Part shown: positions 57,134 through 64,000 of the stretch, in pieces
How the letters are laid out: each line of letters starts with the position of its first letter
Numbering within the stretch: position 1 is the stretch's first letter
NCBI RefSeq assembly: GCF_035318805.1
Contig: NZ_DATHDY010000046.1
Location: 14,321 to 78,320, forward strand
DNA: 64,000 nucleotides
From: Baekduia sp.
Lineage (GTDB): Bacteria; Actinomycetota; Thermoleophilia; Solirubrobacterales; Solirubrobacteraceae
Direction: 5' to 3'
Translations under genes and position numbers: made by a program
Notes under the pieces: generated by a model
What the model saw: the letters and a program-made list of their open reading frames with translations, nothing else
What the model was told of the DNA's origin: nothing
Databases searched by the model: none

Positions 57134-58679
57134 CGCCCGACGGCCGAGGCGTCGCCGCCGAAGCGCTCGCGCAGCTCGCGCTTGAGGAGCTTGCCCGACG
57201 GGTTCTTGGGCAGCTCGTCGACGAAGTGCACCGCCTTGGGGAGCTTGAAGGCTGCGAGGTGCTCGCGCGCGTGGGCGAGCAGGTCCTCCTCGGTGGCCGG
57301 CTCCCGGGTGACGACGACCGCGGTGATCGCCTCGATCCAGCGCTCATGCGGCGTGCCGATCACCGCGACCTCCGCCACGGCGGGATGCAGGTAGAGCACT
57401 TCCTCGACCTCGCGGCTAGCGACGAGCACGCCGCCGGTGTTGATGACGTCCTTGACGCGATCGACGACGAAGATGAAGCCCTCGTCGTCGATCCGCACGA
57501 GGTCGCCGGAGTGAAACCAGCCGCCGGCGAACGCCTCCTCGGTCTCCTCGGGCTTGTCCCAGTAGCCGGTGCACAGCTGCGGCGAGCGGTAGAGCACCTC
57601 GCCCTGGCCGCCGGAGGGCGGGACGTCGTCGCCGTCGTCGCCGACGACCCGGATCTCGACGAACAGGACGGGGCGGCCGGCGGAGTCGGGCCGCGCGTCG
57701 TGCTCCTCGGGGCGCAGCACGGTGGCCAGCGGCGCGATCTCGGACTGGCCGAAGGCGTTGTAGAAGCCGACGCCGCGCAGCGCGTCGCGCAGGCGCTGCA
57801 GCACCGGCACGGGCATGATCGACGCGCCGTAGTAGGCCTTGCGCAGCGCCGTGAGGTCGCGCGTCGCGAAGTCGGGGTGCTCGGAGAGGGCGATCCACAC
57901 GGTGGGCGGAGCGAAGAGCGCGGTGATGGAGTCCCGCTCGATGCGCGCGAGCATGTCGGTGGGGTCGGGCTGCTCGACGACGTGGTTGGTCGCACCGAGC
58001 ATCAGGTAGGGCATCAGGAACGCGTGCATCTGCGCCGAGTGGTAGAGCGGCAGCGGGTGCAGCGGCACGTCGGAGGCGTCGAGGTCGAGCGCCACGACGC
58101 ACGAGACGTACTCGCAGACGAAGGCGCGGTGGGTCATCATCGCGCCCTTCGGCGCCGCGGTCGTTCCCGAGGTGTACAGCAACTGGACGAGGTCGTCGTC
58201 GGCGACGCTGACGTGGCTGAGGTCGGGCACCTCGCCGGTCAGCGCCCAGGCCAGGACGTCGGCGAGCGGGTCGGCGCCGTCGCGCAGCGTGCCGCGGTGC
58301 ACGACGTCCGGGAGGTCGCCGGCGATGGCGTCCACCGCGTGCTGCAGGCCCGGATCCGCGAACAGCGCAGCGCTGCCCGACTGGCCGACGATGTAGGACA
58401 GCTCGCCGCCGACCAGGTTGTAGTTGACGGGCACGTGGACCAGCCCGGCGCGGGCGCAGCCGAGGTAGAGCAGCAGGTAGGCGTCGGAGTTCGTGCCCAC
58501 GCGGCGACGCGCTCGCCCCTGGCCAGGCCGAGCTCGAGGAGGCGCGCGGCGACGCGGCTGATCGCGTCGTCGAGCTCCTGGTAGGTCCAGCGGCGCTCGC
58601 CGAAGTGCAGCGCCGTGCGCTCGGGGAAGCGCCGCGCGCTGCGAGCGACCACGGCATCGACGGTGCTGGTCATCTCCAT
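57130..58679 (-). pseudogene. Acyl-CoA synthetase with apparent 1-bp frameshift near 58499
   Basis: YTSGTTAAPKG, FGQSE, FHSGDL, PKNPSGK; N-terminus (58679) in a different frame up to ERVAA. Confidence 0.85.
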
Positions 58680-58700
58680 GCGCCCAACCTACCCGCGCTC

Positions 58701-59785
58701 TCAGCGTCGGGCTGTGGAGCCGCGGACGATCAGCTCGGACGGCAGCACCCGGTTGCGCGGGCGCTTGCCCTGCAGGCGCGCGTACAGGAGCTCGAAGGCC
58801 GCGGCGCCGAGGGCCTCGGGGTCGAAGTGCACGGTCGTCAGCGGCGGGCTGGTCAGCCGCGCGATGTCGAGGTCGTCGAAGCCGACCACGGCCACCTCGC
58901 CGGGGACGTCGACGCCCAGCTGGTTGGCGGCGGCGATCAGGCCGCTGGCCAGGACGTCGTCGTCGCACAGGACGGCGGTGGGGCGCTCGGGGTGGGTCAG
59001 CAGCGCGTGACCGGCGGCGATGGTGCTCTCAGCGTCGAAGCGACTCTCGACGACCACCTGCCGCGCCGGGTCCTGGCCGTGCGCGCGCAGGTGGGCGACC
59101 CACCGGGCGTGGCGGCGCTCGAACGTCTGGCCGCCGACCGCCGAGCGCACGTAGCCGATGCGCTCGTGGCCGAGCTCGCGCAGGTGGGCGAGCGCTGCGT
59201 CGGTCCCGCTCTCGACGTCGAGGCGCACGGACGGCAGCCGGCGCTGCTCGCTCTCGACGAGCACGACGGGCGGCGCACCCGGCGCGCGCAGCGACGGCGG
59301 CGGGTCGGCGGCGAAGTAGAGGAAGCCGTCGATGGTGCCGTCGCGCAGCGCCTCGACGGAGCCGTCGCCCCACGCGTTGCCGTAGTTGTCGTCGATGAGC
59401 ACGACGACGTGGCCGACCTCCCAGGCGGCGCGGTGGGCGCCGCGCAGCGTGCGGCCGAAGAACGGGTGCGTCACGTCGCGGACCACGAGGCCGACGGCGG
59501 CCGCCGTGCCGGAGCGCAGCGCGCGGGCGGCGGCGTTGGGCCGGTAGCCGAGGTCGCGCGCGGCGCGGCGGACGGCCTCCGCGGTGGTCTCGGACACGCG
59601 GCCGACGGCCTTGCCGGAGAAGACGAGCGACACCGTGGTCTGCGAGACCCCGGCGTGCCGGGCGACGTCGATGCTCGTGACCTTGCGCGGGCTGCGTGAG
59701 GCGGCGCCGGTGACCGGCCGGGGGCTGCGGGAGTTCGAGGCGATGCCGGGACTTCATCACGCCGGCGCTCGACCTGCGCCGTCAT
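58701..59785 (-). CDS. LacI regulator; no in-frame start upstream of the HTH (probable frameshift)
   Basis: KVTSIDVARHAGVSQTTVSLV, LGYRPNAAARAL, VVGFDD..PPLTTV. Confidence 0.85.
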
Positions 59786-59809
59786 ACGTAGTACCGTTGT
59801 ACGTATGAC
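59781..59809. promoter_or_regulatory. Inverted repeat containing both divergent ATGs
   Basis: GTCATACGTA-N9-TACGTATGAC. Confidence 0.75.
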
Positions 59810-60167
59810 CCATCCCCTCCCCCTTCGTTCACCCACCCTTCTGGCGCGCAGTGCGCTCTTGGCCGTGGTGCTGGCGGGCTGCGCCGGCACCGCGGCATCG
59901 CAGGATCGCGTCGCCGCCGTCCCGGCATCCCGCGTCGCCATCCTCGCCGGCCCCGACGCTCGCGCGGCGGAGCTCGCCGGCGCGACCGACGGCGCCGCCG
60001 ACGTCCGCACCGTCGGCGGATCGCTCGAGGCCCAGGCCGTGGCCACCGCCCTCGCCGGCGAGGGCTACACGACCGTCATCGGCGTCGGCGCCCAGGCCCG
60101 CGCCGCCGTGGCGCAGGCGGCCGCCGGCGAAGTCGGCGACGGCACGCGCTGGGAGTCGACGCGCTAG
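59805..60167 (+). CDS. Small lipoprotein resembling a partial BMP substrate-binding domain
   Basis: LAGC lipobox; EGYTTVIGVG. Confidence 0.7.
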   Translation: MTHPLPLRSPTLLARSALLAVVLAGCAGTAASQDRVAAVPASRVAILAGPDARAAELAGATDGAADVRTVGGSLEAQAVATALAGEGYTTVIGVGAQARAAVAQAAAGEVGDGTRWESTR

Positions 60168-60185
60168 AGCGACACAGTCTCCTAG
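60164..60185 (+). repeat. Minimal family A element
   Basis: CTAG-AGCGACACAGTCTC-CTAG between convergent stops. Confidence 0.8.
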
Positions 60186-61166
60186 TCACACCAGGCACGC
60201 GTCGTGCGCGGCGGCGGCGACGTGGATCGAGGCCGTCACGGCGCCGCGCGCGTCCAGGATCGTGAGCGCGCCGGTGCCGAGCGACGGCGTGACCACCCGG
60301 GCCGCCGTGCGCTGCACGTTGTAGGAGCCGCGCGGGACGCGGGTGCGGCGGCGCACGTGGCCGTCGCTCAGCGCGTGGACGACCACCGTGCCGGCCTCTC
60401 CGCTGGCGACGTAGGCGACGTCGGGCCCGAAGCTCACGTGCTGCGGCGCGGCGTCGGCGCTCAGCGTGCGCAGGTGGCGGCGGGTGGTCGCGGCGTAGAC
60501 CGCGATGCGCGGCACGCGCCCCGCTGTGACCCAGACGCGCCGCCCGCTCGGGGAGAAGCCGACGTCGTGGACGAGGAACGGCACGCGGAGACGGGCCGCC
60601 GGGCGCGGGCGTTCGGGGTCGCGCACGTCGACCACCGCGATCTCCGCGGCGCTCGAGCCGAGCGCGACCCACAGCCACCGGCCGTCGGGCGACAGCGCGA
60701 GATGGCGCGCGCCGTCACCCACCGCGACGCGCCGCACCACGCGCCCGGCCCGGACGTCGACGACGGCGAGCTCACCGTGGGCCGAGTCGCTGACGTAGGC
60801 GAGCGGCCGCCCGGGCGCGAAGGCCGTGTACCGCGGCGTGCCGAAGCCTCGCAGCACGCGGCGCACCCGCAGCGGCCGCCCCTCCAGCAGCGAGACGGCA
60901 CCCGTCGCCGCGTGCCCGACGACGGCTCTGCCGGCCGGCCCGCTCTGGATGCTCCGCGGATCCTCGACCGTCGCGATCCGCCGCGTCACGCGTCGCCGTG
61001 CGAGCGACACGACCGCCAGGTGCGCCTCGGTGTCGGCGGTGACGAGCGCCGTGGTGGCGACGGCGCCGGCGCGCGCGGGCAGCGCCAGCCGCGCGCCGAG
61101 CACGGCCGGCGCGGCGGCGAGCACGGCCCGCTCCAGGAGCTCCCGGCGATCGAGCATGTCCTCCAT
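60186..61166 (-). CDS. Tat-exported YncE-like beta-propeller protein
   Basis: DRRELL Tat motif; repeats such as LALSPDGRWLWV. Confidence 0.8.
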   Translation of the reverse strand: MEDMLDRRELLERAVLAAAPAVLGARLALPARAGAVATTALVTADTEAHLAVVSLARRRVTRRIATVEDPRSIQSGPAGRAVVGHAATGAVSLLEGRPLRVRRVLRGFGTPRYTAFAPGRPLAYVSDSAHGELAVVDVRAGRVVRRVAVGDGARHLALSPDGRWLWVALGSSAAEIAVVDVRDPERPRPAARLRVPFLVHDVGFSPSGRRVWVTAGRVPRIAVYAATTRRHLRTLSADAAPQHVSFGPDVAYVASGEAGTVVVHALSDGHVRRRTRVPRGSYNVQRTAARVVTPSLGTGALTILDARGAVTASIHVAAAAHDACLV

Positions 61167-61214
61167 ACGTCGGGACGCGCCGCACGGGTCCCTCGCCCCC
61201 GCGCGGTCCGGAGA

Positions 61215-61565
61215 TCACCGCGGCCGTCGCCCGGCGCCCCTCCCGCGCGACCGGCGCCGCTGCGTGGGTGGCGGTGGGCCGGCGTCCACGAGGACCACGT
61301 TGCGGTCGATCGCGTCGGTCGCGCAGCCGACGACGCCGGCCGCGTCGAGGAGCTCGGTCACGGAGTGGCCGGCGAGGGCCTCCTCGAGGACCCCGCAGAG
61401 CAGGCGCCGGAGCACGTCGGCCGCCGGCTCGGCGCCGGATGGGGCGGCGGCGGCGCAGCGGCTCATGTGGGCGACGATCTGCGAGAGGCTCGCGCCGGCG
61501 CGCACGAGCTCGTCGACCAGCTCGCCGATCGCCTCGGCGGGGGTGGAGTCAGGATCCTGGGTCAT
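61215..61565 (-). CDS. Hypothetical protein
   Basis: 116-aa helical ORF with host codon usage. Confidence 0.6.
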   Translation of the reverse strand: MTQDPDSTPAEAIGELVDELVRAGASLSQIVAHMSRCAAAAPSGAEPAADVLRRLLCGVLEEALAGHSVTELLDAAGVVGCATDAIDRNVVLVDAGPPPPTQRRRSRGRGAGRRPR

Positions 61566-61889
61566 GCCCTACAAGGGCGCGACGACCGGGAACCCGCCCC
61601 CTGGATCGCCCGGGCCCGACGATCCGACGGGCGCATAGCCCGCATGGGTCACCCCGGAAACCCGGAGTTGTGATCTTCGAGATGTCGGCGTGTCGTAGCG
61701 CGGAACGGTCCTCGGACCACCGCTGCGCTCGGTCGTCCTTCCCATCCTCAGCCCTTTGGGGCAGGACGACCGAGGCTGCGGCTCGCAGGCCGCCGTCCCC
61801 CGCACGCGACAGAATGCGGTCATGAGCGGCCCGGACGCGACCCCGCCGTTCTGGCGCCGGCCGACCACCCCGGCCGAGCGCGCGTGACC

Positions 61890-62285
61890 ATGCAGCTGGA
61901 CCGCCGCGAGGTCGCGGCCATCTTCGCGGGCGGCTTCCTCGGCGCGGTGGCCCGCGCCGAGCTGAGCGAGGCCCTGCCGGCGGACCCCGGCCGCTGGCCG
62001 TGGGCCACGTTCCTGGTGAACATCGCCGGCGCGTTCCTGCTGGGGTACTTCGCGACACGCCTGCAGGAGCGCCTGCCGCTCTCGGCGTACCGCCGCCCGT
62101 TCCTGGGCACCGGGATCTGCGGAGGGCTGACGACCTTCTCGACGATGCAGCTCGAGCTGCTGCAGATGCTCGACGCCCACCGGATCGGGCTCGCGCTGGC
62201 CTACGCCGCCGCCAGCGTCGGCCTCGGCTTCGCCGCCGTCGCGTTGGCCACCAACCTGGTCCGGCGAGCGAGCTGGACTCGATGA
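61890..62285 (+). CDS. crcB: Fluoride channel Fluc/CrcB subunit 1
   Basis: [29 protein letters not shown]. Confidence 0.95.
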   Translation: MQLDRREVAAIFAGGFLGAVARAELSEALPADPGRWPWATFLVNIAGAFLLGYFATRLQERLPLSAYRRPFLGTGICGGLTTFSTMQLELLQMLDAHRIGLALAYAAASVGLGFAAVALATNLVRRASWTR

Positions 62286-62647
62286 GCGCGCTCGTCGTCC
62301 TCGGCGTCGGGCTGCTCGGCGGGTGCGGCGCCGTCGGCCGCTTCCTGCTCGACGGCGCGGTCAGCCGCCGGGTCCCGAGCGCGTTTCCCTACGGGACGCT
62401 CGCGGTCAACGTCACCGGCTCGTTCGCGCTCGGCGTCCTGACGGGCGCCGGCCTCGGCGGCGACGCGTACCGGCTGTGGGGCGTCGGCCTGATCGGCGGG
62501 TTCACCACGTTCAGCACCTGGATGTTCGAGAGCCACCGCCTCGCCGAGGAGGGCCAGGCGCGGCTCGGGGCGCTGAACCTCGCGGTCAGCCTGGTGCTCG
62601 GCGTGCTCGCCGCGCTCGCCGGACGCTCCCTGGGCGGTCTGGCATGA
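62282..62647 (+). CDS. crcB: Fluoride channel Fluc/CrcB subunit 2
   Basis: [18 protein letters not shown]. Confidence 0.95.
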   Translation: MSALVVLGVGLLGGCGAVGRFLLDGAVSRRVPSAFPYGTLAVNVTGSFALGVLTGAGLGGDAYRLWGVGLIGGFTTFSTWMFESHRLAEEGQARLGALNLAVSLVLGVLAALAGRSLGGLA

Positions 62648-63708
62648 GCGACGACTGCGTCAAGCTCACCACCTACTTCGGCGAGCGCGCCCGGGCCGGC
62701 GGCGCGTTCCTCGCCGACGCGCTCGTCGACGTCTACGCGCGCCACGCGCTGCGCACCAGCCTGGTGCTGCGCGGCGTCGAGGGCTTCGGCGCCCACCACC
62801 GGCTGCGCACCGACCGCCTGCTGAGCCTGTCGGAGGACCTGCCGATGGTCTCGGTCGCCGTCGACCGTCCAGACCGCATCGACGCCGCCCTGGCCGACGT
62901 CCGCGCGCTGCCGCGCTTCACGGGCCTCATCACGCTGGAGCGCGCACGGATGCTGACCGATGGCGTCGACGTCGCTCCGGCGGCCGCCGGCGACACCAAG
63001 CTCACCGTCTACCTCGGCCGCCACGAGCGGCTCGCGGGCCGCCCCGCCGCCGCGGCGGTCGTCGACCTCCTGCACCGCCACGGCGTCGCCGGCGCCACGG
63101 TGCTGCTCGGCGTCGACGGAACCGCCCACGGTGTCCGCAGGCGCGCGCGCTTCTTCGCCCGCAACGCCGACGTCCCGGTCATGGTCCTCGCGGTCGGCGA
63201 CCGCGACCGCATCGCGGCCGCGCTCCCCGCGGTGCACGCCGCGCACGACCGCGCGCTCGTCACGCTCGAGTCCGTCCAGATCTGCAAGCGCGACGGGCAG
63301 ACGGTCGCCGCGCCGCGCCCGCTGGCCGACCGCGATCCCTCCGGCCTGCCGGTCCACCAGAAGCTCACCGTCTTCGCCTCGGAGCAGTCCCGGCACGACG
63401 GGCGGCCGCTGCACCGCGCGCTGATCCGCGCGCTGCGCGCCGAGGGCGCCGCCGGAGCCACGAGCCTGCGCGGGATCTGGGGCTACCACGCCGGCCACTC
63501 GCCCCACGGCGACACGCTGTGGCAGCTGCGGCGGCGCGTACCCGTCGTGGTCTCGATCATCGACACGCCGCAGCAGATCCAGCGCTGGTATCCGACCGTC
63601 GACCGCCTCACCGCCGCGACCGGCCTGGTCACCAGCGAGATGGTCCCCGCGGTGCACCTGGCCGGCGAAGCGCCCGGCGGTGTGCGGCTGGCCGCGCGCC
63701 CGACCTAG
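62644..63708 (+). CDS. Triple DUF190 (PII-like) protein
   Basis: Three KLT...RG.GF/G.TV..G units; LSEDLP. Confidence 0.88.
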   Translation: MSDDCVKLTTYFGERARAGGAFLADALVDVYARHALRTSLVLRGVEGFGAHHRLRTDRLLSLSEDLPMVSVAVDRPDRIDAALADVRALPRFTGLITLERARMLTDGVDVAPAAAGDTKLTVYLGRHERLAGRPAAAAVVDLLHRHGVAGATVLLGVDGTAHGVRRRARFFARNADVPVMVLAVGDRDRIAAALPAVHAAHDRALVTLESVQICKRDGQTVAAPRPLADRDPSGLPVHQKLTVFASEQSRHDGRPLHRALIRALRAEGAAGATSLRGIWGYHAGHSPHGDTLWQLRRRVPVVVSIIDTPQQIQRWYPTVDRLTAATGLVTSEMVPAVHLAGEAPGGVRLAARPT

Positions 63709-63804
63709 GGGTGCCGTAGGCGGCCAGCGAGGCCGAGGCCCGCGACGGCCAGCCGTCGCCGCCGGAGGTGGGTCCCCAGTCGCGACAGCGGCACCGTCTC
63801 CTAG
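63705..63804. repeat. CTAG-flanked 100-bp element, family A copy 2
   Basis: 94/100 identical to 7346-7445. Confidence 0.9.
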
Positions 63805-63806
63805 CG

Positions 63807-64000
63807 CTACTTCTTGGCACCGGCCGCGCGCTCGATGAGCTTCGCGGTCGCGCCGGGGTGCGAGATGAACACGACGTGCGATGCGCCCTTGACCTCCACG
63901 GTCGTCGCCTTGATCCGCCTGGCCATGATCCGCTCGGCGGCCGTGCCGATCGCGAGATCCTTCCCGGCCACCATGTACCAGGACGGGATCGTCTTCCAGG
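63807..64000 (-). CDS. Alpha/beta hydrolase, C-terminal end (partial)
   Basis: WKTIPSWYMVAGKDLAI...GASHVVFISHP...AGAKK*. Confidence 0.8.
   Translation of the reverse strand, partial: WKTIPSWYMVAGKDLAIGTAAERIMARRIKATTVEVKGASHVVFISHPGATAKLIERAAGAKK

Noticed and set aside
81-63820. Many long Arg/Pro/Ala-rich ORFs (e.g. 18571-22884, 8396-11599, 27400-30213, 43959-46538)
   Set aside because: Shadow or antisense frames of real genes in very high-GC DNA; no motifs
1-64000. tRNA, rRNA, prophage, integrase or reverse transcriptase genes
   Set aside because: No recognisable signatures found by eye

Overview
Very GC-rich actinobacterial chromosome segment. Gene content (PilZ, HD-GYP, many TetR/wHTH regulators, apparently leaderless genes) suggests Thermoleophilia/Solirubrobacterales; this is inference. 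Most of it is housekeeping or accessory metabolism: pgsA, clpP, lgt, two glpD paralogues, an alkyl-DHAP-synthase-like flavoprotein, acyl-CoA enzymes, ohr, crcB-crcB-DUF190, MFS/TetR pairs and c-di-GMP enzymes. Two visibly lower-GC islands are present. The first (~32.2-38.2 kb) holds a large secreted modular protein, a coupled lipoprotein and small orphan genes. The second (~54.5-57.0 kb) holds an orphan toxin-like C-terminus with a coupled immunity-like gene and an IS1380 remnant, bounded by a ~35-bp imperfect direct repeat. The most striking non-coding signal is a set of small hairpin-rich elements (two families, ~100 and ~91 bp, plus 20-22 bp minimal versions) flanked by CTAG on both sides and sitting at TAG stop codons, mostly of convergent genes. 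Other convergent pairs overlap on a single CTAG and look like empty sites. No rRNA, tRNA or CRISPR array was seen.
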